Part shown: positions 28,423-37,221 of the stretch, piece by piece
Numbering within the stretch: position 1 is the stretch's first letter
Layout of the letters: every line of letters begins with the position of its first letter
DNA from: Candidatus Levyibacteriota bacterium
GTDB lineage: Bacteria > Patescibacteriota > Microgenomatia > Levybacterales > UBA12049
Reading direction: 5' to 3'
Assembly: GCA_016182185.1 (NCBI GenBank)
Contig: JACOXU010000001.1
Location: 402,915-466,914 of the forward strand
Length of the DNA stretch: 64,000 bases
Made by a program: the position numbers and the translations under genes
The notes under the pieces: model-generated
What the model was told of the DNA's origin: nothing
What the model saw: the letters and a program-made list of their open reading frames with translations, nothing else
Databases searched by the model: none

Positions 28423-28830
28423 TTATACCTTATCAATTATTCTCGTTTTTATCGGCAGTTTATGCGATGCCAATCTTAATGCATTATGAGCCGCATCCTT
28501 TGATACTCCTGCCATCTCAAATAACATTCTTCCCGGCAAAACCCTGGCTACAAATTCATGGACGTCGCCTTTTCCTCCGCCCATTCTTGTTTCCGCAGGT
28601 TTTTTGGTAATTGGCTTGTCAGGAAAAATCCGTATCCAGACTCTTCCTCCTCTTTGAATATAATGAGTTATGGCTCGTCTTGCTGCCTCGATTTGTCTGC
28701 TTGTAACCCAAGCTGTCCCCTCAGATAAAAGTCCGAATTCACCGAAAGAAAGCCTGTTGCCCCGATAAGCCTTGCCTTTCATTCTTCCTCTCTGTTGTTT
28801 TCGATATTTTGCTCTTTTAGGTACCAACAT
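28423..28830 (-). CDS. rplP: 50S ribosomal protein L16
   Basis: [19 protein letters not shown]... Confidence 0.95.
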   Translation of the reverse strand: MLVPKRAKYRKQQRGRMKGKAYRGNRLSFGEFGLLSEGTAWVTSRQIEAARRAITHYIQRGGRVWIRIFPDKPITKKPAETRMGGGKGDVHEFVARVLPGRMLFEMAGVSKDAAHNALRLASHKLPIKTRIIDKV

Positions 28831-28831
28831 A

Positions 28832-29506
28832 TTATTTTTCCCCTCTATTGATCCAAACTTTTACTCCTATGTAACCTTTCTTTGTCAACGCAGGAACACT
28901 GGCAAAATTAATGTTCTCTCTTATTGTTGAAAGAGGGACCTTGCCTTCTTGAAGTTTTTCCCGTCTGCCAATTTCGGCTCCTCCTATTCTTCCTGAAAGA
29001 ACAATTCTAACACCTTTTGCTCCCGATGACATAACTTTTGACACTGCCTGCAACATTACGCGTTTGTGAGGCAATCGCTTAATAAGTTGGTCTGAAATAT
29101 TTTTCGCAACCAAATATGCATCGAGGTTTGGCTCTTTAATTGGCTCAATCCTAATGTCTACTTTTGGTGAATTCTTGCCATTTTGTCTTTTTGCAAGAAT
29201 TGAAAACAAAAATTTCTTGAGCTCCTCCATGCCAGTTCCTGCTTTTCCGATTACCATTCCAGGGCGCATGACATAGATTGTAAGTTTTATATTGTTTATT
29301 GACCTTTCAATATCTATGGTTGACACACCGGCAGGACTTAATTTACTCATCAGTGCGCGGCGTAATTCAAAATCCTCAATCAGAGTATTTTTATAACCTT
29401 TGTCTTCATACCAGCGACTGCTCCAGTTAAAAACAGGTCCCAGTCTTATTAATTTTGGATTAACTTTTTGACCCATCTTTTTCTCCTTTCGCTTCTTGTT
29501 TTTCAT
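28832..29506 (-). CDS. rpsC: 30S ribosomal protein S3
   Basis: [13 protein letters not shown]... The true start is probably the ATG at 29476. Confidence 0.9.
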   Translation of the reverse strand: MKNKKRKEKKMGQKVNPKLIRLGPVFNWSSRWYEDKGYKNTLIEDFELRRALMSKLSPAGVSTIDIERSINNIKLTIYVMRPGMVIGKAGTGMEELKKFLFSILAKRQNGKNSPKVDIRIEPIKEPNLDAYLVAKNISDQLIKRLPHKRVMLQAVSKVMSSGAKGVRIVLSGRIGGAEIGRREKLQEGKVPLSTIRENINFASVPALTKKGYIGVKVWINRGEK

Positions 29507-29897
29507 TTGTTTTCTTTAATTCTGTTTCTTTTTTTATTTGAGATTTGGAATTTGATATTTGAACTTTATCGTCCATAAGGACGATTCTTATATGACTCGT
29601 CCTCTTTTTATACGGATGTATTCTTCCGCGAGTTGAAGGATGATATCTCTTAAAGGCAGGGCCAGGACTTATTTCAATGCTTTTTACAATAAGATTTTCT
29701 TTCTTGGCACCCTTATTTATAGCATTAGCCAGAGCACTTTTAAGTGTTTTTTCAATAGCATCTCCCCCTCTTTTTCTTACTAAAATAAGAGAGTCAAGCC
29801 AAGCATCAACCGATTGTTTCCTGCGAAACGCATCGGCAACTAGACCTACTTTTCTAGGGGCTATTCGAACCCCCTTTGCTACTGCTATATATTCCAT
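29460..29897 (-). CDS. rplV: 50S ribosomal protein L22
   Basis: L22 fold with a C-terminal Lys/Glu-rich tail. Confidence 0.85.
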   Translation of the reverse strand: MEYIAVAKGVRIAPRKVGLVADAFRRKQSVDAWLDSLILVRKRGGDAIEKTLKSALANAINKGAKKENLIVKSIEISPGPAFKRYHPSTRGRIHPYKKRTSHIRIVLMDDKVQISNSKSQIKKETELKKTNEKQEAKGEKDGSKS

Positions 29898-29903
29898 AAT
29901 TCC

Positions 29904-30188
29904 TTAAGTTTTACTTATTTCTCTGGCCACAACTCTTCCATGACTTCTGAATGCTCGGGTTGGAGAAAATTCTCCAAGCCTGTGTCCGACCATTCCTTCT
30001 GAAATAAATACATTGATAAAGTTTTTTCCGTTATGTACAGCAAGTGTATGGCCGACAAATTCGGGTGGAATCTGAGATGCTCTTTTCCACGTTTTGATAG
30101 GAGATTTATCTCCCGTTTGCTTCTGTGCCATAACTTTTTTCATGAGTTTTGGGTCTATAAACGGCCCCTTTTTACTGCTTCTTGACAT
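29904..30188 (-). CDS. rpsS: 30S ribosomal protein S19
   Basis: [19 protein letters not shown]... Confidence 0.95.
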   Translation of the reverse strand: MSRSSKKGPFIDPKLMKKVMAQKQTGDKSPIKTWKRASQIPPEFVGHTLAVHNGKNFINVFISEGMVGHRLGEFSPTRAFRSHGRVVAREISKT

Positions 30189-30928
30189 TATTTCTTTCTC
30201 CTTTGCACTATGTATTTATCTGAATATTTTTTCTTTTTTCGGGTTTTTCCAACAGCTGGCCTGCCATAGAACGTTTTTGGTGTTGACATACCGATTCCTG
30301 ATCTTGCTTCTCCTCCTCCATGTGGATGGGATCTTGGATTTTGAGCAACTCCCCGAACAGTAGGCCTTATTCCCATGTGTCTTTTTCGTCCGGCCTTGCC
30401 AAATACTTCATTTTTCCAATTTACATTACCCAGGTTCCCTACTGTAGCGTAACCTTTGTCTTTCACTTTTCTTATTTCTCTGGATGGCAATTTAAGATGC
30501 ACATATGTTCCTTCGTGTGCCGCAACAATCGCGCTCGTTCCGGCTGATCTTGCTAATTGTCCGCCACGTCCTGGAGTAAGCTCGACATTGTGAACCACTG
30601 TACCAATCGGCATTACATAAAGAGGCAGGGTATTGCCGATTTTAATTTCTGCGTCTTCGCCTGAGATAACAAGATCATTTAATTTAAGCCCTTCAGGACA
30701 AAGAATGTATCTTTTTTCTCCGTCATCGTATTGGATAAGAGCAATATCACAAGTTCTGTTTGGATCATATTCAATCGCTACGACTCGCCCTTTGATTCCG
30801 ATCTTATTTCTTTTAAAATCAATCACCCGCATAAATCTTTTATGTTCTCCGCCCTGATGGCGAACGACAACCTTTCCGGATACATCTCTTCCTGATCTCT
30901 TTTTTTTAATAAATTTTAATTTTCTCAT
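30188..30928 (-). CDS. rplB: 50S ribosomal protein L2 (lacks about 30 N-terminal residues relative to E. coli L2)
   Basis: ...[21 protein letters not shown]...[14 protein letters not shown]... Confidence 0.95.
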   Translation of the reverse strand: MRKLKFIKKKRSGRDVSGKVVVRHQGGEHKRFMRVIDFKRNKIGIKGRVVAIEYDPNRTCDIALIQYDDGEKRYILCPEGLKLNDLVISGEDAEIKIGNTLPLYVMPIGTVVHNVELTPGRGGQLARSAGTSAIVAAHEGTYVHLKLPSREIRKVKDKGYATVGNLGNVNWKNEVFGKAGRKRHMGIRPTVRGVAQNPRSHPHGGGEARSGIGMSTPKTFYGRPAVGKTRKKKKYSDKYIVQRRKK

Positions 30929-30933
30929 ATTTT

Positions 30934-31233
30934 TTAGCCTTTCTGCGCTGCTACATCGAATACATCAATTTTTTGGCCCGGCTTAAGCTTTACCTTTGCC
31001 TTTTTCCAAGACGAACTTAAGACTTCTGTTCTTTTTGTTCCGTATCTTCTTTTTTTACCCTTAACGATATTGGTGAATACCTTGACCACATTGACTTTGT
31101 ATCTTTTTTCGATCTCCTTCTTAATTTGTTTTTTATCTGCGTTTTTGGCCACACGAAAAGTAAATTTCCCGGCTGATGCCTCGCTCATTGATTTCTCAGA
31201 AATTACCGGTGCAGTTATTATATTCTGGTACAT
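30934..31233 (-). CDS. rplW: 50S ribosomal protein L23
   Basis: A 99-aa protein in the conserved position, with an L23 fold. Confidence 0.8.
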   Translation of the reverse strand: MYQNIITAPVISEKSMSEASAGKFTFRVAKNADKKQIKKEIEKRYKVNVVKVFTNIVKGKKRRYGTKRTEVLSSSWKKAKVKLKPGQKIDVFDVAAQKG

Positions 31234-31234
31234 A

Positions 31235-32029
31235 TTAATTTTTCTCCTTCAGAAAATTTTCTTTAATCTTGTCTATTGAATCCTTCATCAAAACCACAGA
31301 ATTTGCTTCTAAAATTTCATATGTATTAATAAGATTTGCACTTACTACGTCTATGCCTTCGAGATTCCTTGCTGCTCTATAAATGTTTTCCAGTCCATTT
31401 TTTGCAGGGCTTGGAACAATTAGAAGCACCTTTCTCTTTTTTTGATCAAATCCTAATTTTCCGAGCGTTGAGTTCATTTGTTTAGTCTTTGGCTCAATTT
31501 TTTCAAGCCCTGCAATTATTTTTACACTTCCGGTATTTTGCTTTAAAGACAAAGCAGAAAAAAGTGCTACTTTCTTCATTTTCTTGGAAAGCTTAAGCGA
31601 ATAATCTCTTGGCTTTGGTCCAAATACTACACCGCCGCCTACAAAAATTGGAGCTTTTCTTGATCCGTGTCTTGCGCGACCAGTTCCTTTTTGCCTCCAT
31701 ACTTTTTTGGTTGATCCCGTAACTTCTCCTCTTGTTTGAGTCGATACAGTTCCTCGTCTTTGATTTGCTAAGTAAACTCTTACGGCTTGGGCCATAAGCT
31801 GGTTATTTATCTTGGCTCCGAAAATTTCCTTAGGTAAAGTTACTCTTGAAACTACCTTTCCTTGCGTGTTATAGACCTGAGCTGAGAGACTCGGGCTTTT
31901 GGCGGAAGGGATTTTTGTAACCGCCTTTTTGACAACTTCTTTCTTCCTTTGAGCAACTTTTGACTTTTCACTTTTTCCGCCAGAGGCGGATTGGCTTTTG
32001 GCCGGAACTTTTGACTTTTTAGCTGGCAC
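31235..32029 (-). CDS. rplD: 50S ribosomal protein L4 with an N-terminal Lys/Ala/Ser-rich extension of about 45 aa
   Basis: ...RQKGTGRARHGSRKAPIFVGGGVVFGPKPR... Confidence 0.85.
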   Translation of the reverse strand: MPAKKSKVPAKSQSASGGKSEKSKVAQRKKEVVKKAVTKIPSAKSPSLSAQVYNTQGKVVSRVTLPKEIFGAKINNQLMAQAVRVYLANQRRGTVSTQTRGEVTGSTKKVWRQKGTGRARHGSRKAPIFVGGGVVFGPKPRDYSLKLSKKMKKVALFSALSLKQNTGSVKIIAGLEKIEPKTKQMNSTLGKLGFDQKKRKVLLIVPSPAKNGLENIYRAARNLEGIDVVSANLINTYEILEANSVVLMKDSIDKIKENFLKEKN

Positions 32030-32993
32030 TTTCTTTGTCCTCCTTGCTTTCTTTTTCCTCCGATGAATCGTTTGTTTTTGTGGCGATAGGCGTTTGTCCA
32101 GTTTCAGGTGAATCTAAATTCGACCCAAGGCCTTCTTGTTTTTCTTTTACCTCGGGTGTCTGAATTTCGCTTAGCGAGCCAGAATTCTCTCCTGTTTTAT
32201 CCTCAGCTTGGCGAGCGTCACCCGAAATCTGCGGTGAACGACTATCGCCATTCTCTTCTGGCTGACTTGCCGAAGCTTCTACTTTTTCTGTTTGAGTATT
32301 TTCTAATTCTTTATTTTCAGTTTTTTCTTCCTCAGTCTTTTTACTTGTTCCATATAATGGTACAAATTTTTTGTTTTCTCCAACTTTGGTAACCATTATC
32401 AAAGTATTTTTCCCTCCAGGAACAAGCCCTTTGATAAGAAGTGTGTCTTCCGAGACTCCGACAACTTCCAGATTTTTGATGGTTACTCTTTCATGCCCCA
32501 TTCTTCCTGCCATTCTTTTGCCTTTGTAAACTCTCCCCGGCGTGGTTGTTTGCCCGATGGAGCCGGGTGCTCTTTCTCTGTCTGACTGACCGTGAGTGCG
32601 AGGCCCTCCCTTGAAATGGTGTCTTTTGACAACTCCTGCGTAACCTTTTCCCTTGGAAACCCCTGTCACATCTACGATGTCGCCTAGTTTGAAGATTTCA
32701 GTGGCGCTTATTACTGCTCCAATTTCTGGAACTTCTCCATTCTCAACTTTGACCTCTCTCAAAAATTTAGGGGCAGATTCTAAGTTTGCCCCTTTAATGT
32801 GTCCCACTAATGCTTTGCTTGCGTTCTTTTTGATGCCGAGTCCAAGTTGCAAAGAAGAATAATCGTGTTTGTCTTTGGACTTAATAGCTACAACCGTATT
32901 CCCTGCAACCCACAAACGGGTTACAGGAATTCTTGTCCCGTCATCCAAAAATTTCTGTGTCTGATCAATTTTTGTACCTAAAATTGCTTGCAT
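32019..32993 (-). CDS. rplC: 50S ribosomal protein L3 with a C-terminal acidic low-complexity tail of about 130 aa
   Basis: The start was trimmed to MQAILGTKIDQTQKF. The ORF-track N-terminus (to 33044) overlies the leader hairpin. The tail is Glu/Ser/Thr/Lys-rich. Confidence 0.9.
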   Translation of the reverse strand: MQAILGTKIDQTQKFLDDGTRIPVTRLWVAGNTVVAIKSKDKHDYSSLQLGLGIKKNASKALVGHIKGANLESAPKFLREVKVENGEVPEIGAVISATEIFKLGDIVDVTGVSKGKGYAGVVKRHHFKGGPRTHGQSDRERAPGSIGQTTTPGRVYKGKRMAGRMGHERVTIKNLEVVGVSEDTLLIKGLVPGGKNTLIMVTKVGENKKFVPLYGTSKKTEEEKTENKELENTQTEKVEASASQPEENGDSRSPQISGDARQAEDKTGENSGSLSEIQTPEVKEKQEGLGSNLDSPETGQTPIATKTNDSSEEKESKEDKESAS

Positions 32994-33028
32994 ATATGTA
33001 TTTATCCTGAGCCTGCCGAATGGACAAC

Positions 33029-33056
33029 AAAAAAAGCGACCCACTTAGAGTCGCCT
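33029..33056 (-). terminator. Attenuator-like or terminator hairpin in the rplC leader
   Basis: The minus strand reads GCGAC-tctaagtgg-GTCGC followed by TTTTTTT. Confidence 0.4.
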
Positions 33057-33133
33057 GATCTCTTTCGAAACCTGAGTCACTCTTCTATGTGGTCAAAGTT
33101 TCCTCCATTGCCCTATTCATCAGAATTAAAAGT

Positions 33134-33162
33134 ATTATATAACGAAGCCAAAACAAATGCAA
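33134..33162 (-). promoter_or_regulatory. Candidate sigma70-type promoter upstream of rplC (TTGCAT-17-TATAAT)
   Basis: The hexamers are read on the minus strand between the YkgJ-like gene and rplC. Confidence 0.4.
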
Positions 33163-33177
33163 TACGAGGATTAGAAA

Positions 33178-33726
33178 TTAACTTACAGGAAGTTCCCGAA
33201 GAATAAAGGTGTTTAAGGGTGTAGACGGTTTTCTACTGACATTACTTCTGATAAATACGCTTTTCAAAACAACTTCTGCCGGAACTTCAGCTTCACCATC
33301 TACTGCGAGCGCGCAATCTTTGCAAGAAAATGTACCAAGGTCGCGAGTCTTTATTGTAGCTTTAGATCCCTTCGCCATAGCTCTAATATCTTCATCGACA
33401 TTTAATGGAATGCCGCCATTCCCATGCTGAATACAGTGAACTGGCCTATGGGGATAAATCGTGCACTTTTTATCCCTTCCTAAAAATGGGCACTGAGTTA
33501 CTTTAGGATCTTTTGCTCGTCTCTGAGCTCGCTTAACGACCCACTTTTTAATATCTCCTCTTGCTAAAGCATCGCTAATTATTTTTTTGTCACCATAAAC
33601 CATACTAACGTTTGCCTTGCAGCATCCGCCATCTATCCCTTTACAAAAATTATATTCTCTGAAAGAGGAATCAAATCGTTCAACTTTTTCTCGAAATTCC
33701 GGGTACTCAATTTCAGGCACACGCAT
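33178..33726 (-). CDS. YkgJ/UPF0153 family Cys-rich protein (putative zinc- or iron-chelating domain CxxCxGxCC)
   Basis: CKGIDGGCCKANV ... CPFLGRDKKCTIYPHRPVHC matches the PF03692-type pattern. Confidence 0.6.
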   Translation of the reverse strand: MRVPEIEYPEFREKVERFDSSFREYNFCKGIDGGCCKANVSMVYGDKKIISDALARGDIKKWVVKRAQRRAKDPKVTQCPFLGRDKKCTIYPHRPVHCIQHGNGGIPLNVDEDIRAMAKGSKATIKTRDLGTFSCKDCALAVDGEAEVPAEVVLKSVFIRSNVSRKPSTPLNTFILRELPVS

Positions 33727-33744
33727 AACAATCTCCTTGGAAGA

Positions 33745-34053
33745 TTACATTTTTATTTCGATGTTGACTCCGGCAGGAAGCTCCAGATGGGTTAGGGAAT
33801 CGATTGTTTTATCCGTCGGAGAAACTATATCGATCAATCTTTTGTGAACTTTTATCTCGAAATGATCTCTGGCATCTTTATCGATAAATGGGGATTTGTT
33901 GACTGCGTAGACGCTTCTTTGTGAAGGAAGAGGCACAGGACCTATGACCTTTGCACCTGTCCTGATTGCAGTATCTAAGATCTGCTGACAGCAAAGGTCA
34001 ATTACCCGGGCATCATAACTTTTTAAACGTACTCTAATCCGTCCTTTAGGCAT
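33745..34053 (-). CDS. rpsJ: 30S ribosomal protein S10
   Basis: MPKGRIRVRLKSYDARVIDLCCQQI... Confidence 0.9.
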   Translation of the reverse strand: MPKGRIRVRLKSYDARVIDLCCQQILDTAIRTGAKVIGPVPLPSQRSVYAVNKSPFIDKDARDHFEIKVHKRLIDIVSPTDKTIDSLTHLELPAGVNIEIKM

Positions 34054-34106
34054 TCAGCTATTTTACTATAAGAGGGGTAATTATTCAAGAAGTATGTGAG
34101 AAAACA

Positions 34107-34406
34107 TTAATTACTGACGGGCTCTCTGTGGCCGGCTGAAAATACTTCAGGAGTCTTCTTGCTTCTTTCAAAAATCACTCCCGATTCCAATAGCTGACCC
34201 TCAAGTTCAGTCGGATAATATAGTTTTGCTTCTCCGGGTCTATCCACATGCGTGTCAAAAACTATAAACATCGGTGTTTTAGTTTCACCGATTGTGTATC
34301 CTTCAGTATTAGTCTCCAATACTTCTCTATTGATGCTATCTTTGTTGCTTCTTACAAATCCGATAAAAGCTTGAGATTGTTCTTTGGATAAATGTGCTTC
34401 CGGCAT
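34107..34406 (-). CDS. Small hypothetical protein, paralog A of the tuf-rpsJ array
   Basis: A 99-aa protein starting with MP and carrying a C-terminal GVIFE motif shared with paralogs B, C and the broken copy. Confidence 0.45.
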   Translation of the reverse strand: MPEAHLSKEQSQAFIGFVRSNKDSINREVLETNTEGYTIGETKTPMFIVFDTHVDRPGEAKLYYPTELEGQLLESGVIFERSKKTPEVFSAGHREPVSN

Positions 34407-34412
34407 AATAAT

Positions 34413-34748
34413 TTATTTAAGAATTCCCGGATTATTTAGGGACTGGGAGTCTTCCTCGGTAAACGAACATATAGAATCCATGCTTGGCCACCTTGAAGAT
34501 TCAAAAATCACTCCGGCTGTTTTTAATTCCTCCGCATGTCTTTCGCTAACATAGAAGCTATCAAATCTTTCTCGATCATTAGACCATAAAACAATAGGCT
34601 CCCCGTCAACCTCATAAATCCTGGCTGCATGATTATGGGGTATATTTGAAGAAGTCAAAAAATTTCCCCTACCTTGGTGAAGCTTTCCGTAAATCCAGCC
34701 ATTTAGTTTATCAAATTGTTGTTCTGTTTCGATTTCAATCCTCGGCAT
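34413..34748 (-). CDS. Small hypothetical protein, paralog B of the tuf-rpsJ array
   Basis: A 111-aa protein carrying YEVDGE and AGVIFES motifs. Confidence 0.45.
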   Translation of the reverse strand: MPRIEIETEQQFDKLNGWIYGKLHQGRGNFLTSSNIPHNHAARIYEVDGEPIVLWSNDRERFDSFYVSERHAEELKTAGVIFESSRWPSMDSICSFTEEDSQSLNNPGILK

Positions 34749-34749
34749 A

Positions 34750-35000
34750 TTATTCTCTACGAAATTGTCCCGTCAAGTGAGGATCAAGCGTCATTTTTGC
34801 AAATTTTGATCCAGGAGCTTCGTCTGTTGCACTTTCGCTTTCAAAAATTACCCCTTTTTCTCCTAGTGTCGTTTCTATTTCATCCAATACCTCTTGTTCT
34901 CCAAAAACCCTTTGTCTACCTCCTCAACAAGATGGCTTTTTATTTTCTCAAATTTACCAGTTAATCCGCCATTTTTGTTATCAAATTCAATTGTCGGCAT
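34750..35000 (-). pseudogene. Frameshifted member of the small-paralog family
   Basis: The sequence is MPTIEFDNKNGG...ENKRYWMK* and then continues in a different frame as ...EIETTLGEKGVIFESE...GQFRRE*. Confidence 0.45.
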
Positions 35001-35002
35001 AA

Positions 35003-35290
35003 TTAAACAGAGTCTCCGTTGAGATCGTAGATTACTCCTCTTTTTTCCCTTAATTGATCAGCGGCTCCCTCACTTACGATAGCTTTCTCCCACCTATGAA
35101 TAATTCTCGTGTCCACTTGAACACCTAGCAATTCTCCATCAACCTTATATACTTCCAGAGCATTCCCGTTATCCAAAAAGCCCCTTAAAAGATGCTCTCC
35201 TTGCCCTGACTCAATTTTGTCATCAAGCCATTCTCTGAAAGCAAGTCTTTGCGGTTCGTTTATTAAGCTTAATTCTTTAAATGGCGGCAT
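35003..35290 (-). CDS. Small hypothetical protein, paralog C of the tuf-rpsJ array
   Basis: A 95-aa protein carrying YKVDGE and RGVIYD motifs. Confidence 0.45.
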   Translation of the reverse strand: MPPFKELSLINEPQRLAFREWLDDKIESGQGEHLLRGFLDNGNALEVYKVDGELLGVQVDTRIIHRWEKAIVSEGAADQLREKRGVIYDLNGDSV

Positions 35291-35295
35291 AAAAA

Positions 35296-35631
35296 TTATC
35301 CTATCTCTCCTGTTGATCCATTATGTTTTGTGTTGACAACCGTTAAGGTACCATTAATACCATTAATTTCTAATTTTTGACCTTCTTGGTCAAGAAGGAA
35401 AATGTTTTTTTTATTATCTCTTAGATAGCCCTGGCTTAATATTTTTCCACCCCTTAGTCTATTTAGATATCCCAAATTCTCGCCCGTCACATCAACAACA
35501 GTGCTTAAATCGCTAGAAGAAACATTGGCATCTATTGAACCGGCTACAAATTTTTTTTCATCGCCTGAATGGACTTTAGCGCTTGAGGACCCTTCTCCAA
35601 ATTTGAATATTCCTATTTCTGCTGGTGCCAT
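35296..35631 (-). CDS. Small hypothetical Gly/Ser/Asn-rich protein (first gene of the array operon)
   Basis: A 111-aa protein with no clear similarity to A, B or C. It lies 5 nt upstream of C on the same strand. Confidence 0.4.
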   Translation of the reverse strand: MAPAEIGIFKFGEGSSSAKVHSGDEKKFVAGSIDANVSSSDLSTVVDVTGENLGYLNRLRGGKILSQGYLRDNKKNIFLLDQEGQKLEINGINGTLTVVNTKHNGSTGEIG

Positions 35632-35645
35632 AAATATAAAAATGA

Positions 35646-35673
35646 TTATAAACCTAAAAAATAAAAAGTCAAG
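35646..35673 (-). promoter_or_regulatory. Candidate promoter for the small-ORF array (TTGACT-16-TATAAT, 13 nt before the ATG)
   Basis: The hexamers are read on the minus strand. Confidence 0.35.
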
Positions 35674-35740
35674 AATAGAATAGACTAAAATTGTTAAATT
35701 GTTCGATTGTTAAATTATGCAATTCTTATAGTTGCCAATT

Positions 35741-35893
35741 CGAAGTTGAATGCATGAGAGATTAGACGAGTGATTCAGGGGGATTCCTTGTTTATCAAGG
35801 AGGGGGTGAAATCCCCCGAAGAAGAAGTTTAACTTCGAAAGCATGAAACAAGGCTTGGCAAGAGTTTTTGGTACTTTTGTCAATACAAAAGTA
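35741..35893. other. Structured RNA-like element of about 120 nt with a closing helix and internal hairpins, followed by a perfect 9-bp hairpin
   Basis: TTGCCAATTCGAAGTT pairs with AACTTCGAA...TTGGCAA. Internal hairpins are CCTTG-tttat-CAAGG and GGGGG-tgaaat-CCCCC. The trailing hairpin GTACTTTTG-tcaata-CAAAAGTAC lies at 35870-35893. Confidence 0.3.
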
Positions 35894-35940
35894 CAAAGAA
35901 AGTAAGAATGTTATATTAAAATGAAGATTTTAAAGGAGGT

Positions 35941-37128
35941 TTAGGCAATTACCTTCGTGATTACTCCTGCGCCGACGGTTTTTCCGCCTTCCCGGACTGC
36001 AAATCTGAGTCCTTCTTCCATAGCAACAGGGACGATGAGTTTGACTGTCATTTTGGTGTTGTCACCAGGCATGACCATTTCAACTCCTTTAGGAAGTGCG
36101 ACTTCTGCTGTTACATCGGTTGTTCTTATGTAAAATTGCGGTCTGTAGCCTGTAAAGAACGGTGTGTGGCGTCCGCCTTCTTCTTTGGTCAGGATATATA
36201 CTTCTGCTTCAAAATCTTTGTGGGGCTTAATACTGCCCGGTTTGGCAATGACCTGTCCTCTCTCAACATCGTCTTTTTCAACACCTCGAAGAAGAAGCCC
36301 TACATTGTCTCCTGCCTGTCCTTCATCGAGTTGCTTCTTAAACATCTCAACTCCGGTTACGACTGTAGATTTGGTATCTTTGATACCGATAATTTCAACT
36401 GTCTCATTGACTTTAACGACTCCTCTTTCAATTCTCCCTGTTACGACTGTTCCTCGTCCCTTGATTGAGAAAACATCCTCAACAGGCATTAGGAACGGCT
36501 TTTCCAAATCTCTCTTGGGAGTTGGAATGTAACTGTCAACTGCTTCCATAAGAGCCTGAATTTGTTTTTCTGCTTCCGCGTCTCCCTCAAGAGCCTTAAG
36601 TGCCGATCCTCTTATAATTGGCACATCATTTCCTGGGTACTGGTATTTGGTAAGAAGTTCTCTTACTTCCATTTCAACTAAATCCAAAAGCTCAGCATCC
36701 TGAACCATATCACACTTATTCAAGAAAACTACGATAGAAGGAACCTGTACTTGATGGGCAAGAAGAATGTGTTCTCTGGTTTGAGGCATGGGACCGTCTG
36801 GAGCAGACACTACAAGAATGGCACCGTCCATTTGAGCGGCTCCTGTAATCATGTTCTTTATGTAATCTGCGTGTCCCGGAGCATCGATGTGAGCATAGTG
36901 TCTTTTCTCAGTCTCATATTCGATGTGGGTAATATTAATTGTAACTCCTCGGGCTTTTTCCTCGGGAGCATTATCGATATCTTCATATTTCTTGGCTGTT
37001 GCTTTACCTGCTTTGGCCAAAACAGTAGTAATTGCCGCAGTAAGCGTAGTTTTACCATGGTCAACGTGACCGATTGTACCGATATTTACGTGTGGTTTTG
37101 TTCTTTCAAATTTTTTTGCGTCTGCCAT
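35941..37128 (-). CDS. tuf: Elongation factor Tu
   Basis: [15 protein letters not shown] and the [26 protein letters not shown] motif. Confidence 0.98.
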   Translation of the reverse strand: MADAKKFERTKPHVNIGTIGHVDHGKTTLTAAITTVLAKAGKATAKKYEDIDNAPEEKARGVTINITHIEYETEKRHYAHIDAPGHADYIKNMITGAAQMDGAILVVSAPDGPMPQTREHILLAHQVQVPSIVVFLNKCDMVQDAELLDLVEMEVRELLTKYQYPGNDVPIIRGSALKALEGDAEAEKQIQALMEAVDSYIPTPKRDLEKPFLMPVEDVFSIKGRGTVVTGRIERGVVKVNETVEIIGIKDTKSTVVTGVEMFKKQLDEGQAGDNVGLLLRGVEKDDVERGQVIAKPGSIKPHKDFEAEVYILTKEEGGRHTPFFTGYRPQFYIRTTDVTAEVALPKGVEMVMPGDNTKMTVKLIVPVAMEEGLRFAVREGGKTVGAGVITKVIA

Positions 37129-37184
37129 ATTTTTAAAAAAATTACAAGAAAAAAATACACCTTAACAATTTTAAGGCTAGAAAG

Positions 37185-37213
37185 AATATACATTATTTTC
37201 CTGCCTTCGTCAA
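37185..37213 (-). promoter_or_regulatory. Candidate tuf promoter (TTGACG-17-TATATT)
   Basis: Read on the minus strand. tuf is separated from fusA by two inserted genes. Confidence 0.4.
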
Positions 37214-37221
37214 GAGGGAAA

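Noticed and set aside
33617-33847. A plus-strand 76-aa ORF spanning the rpsJ / YkgJ-like junction, and other small plus-strand ORFs in 34716-34964 and 35501-35683.
   Set aside because: They are antisense to the minus-strand genes or the pseudogene and have no features of their own.
35741-35893. A tRNA, or a tRNA-like T arm (GGGGG-tgaaat-CCCCC), downstream of tuf.
   Set aside because: The loop has 6 nt and no TTC. No cloverleaf, acceptor or anticodon arm can be built from the sequence.
36136-36532. Plus-strand ORFs of 110 and 122 aa inside tuf, and similar ones inside rpoB and rpoC (for example 47589-47915, 48274-48633, 45786-46118) and inside the ribosomal protein genes.
   Set aside because: These are antisense shadow ORFs lying within strongly supported genes, with low-complexity translations.
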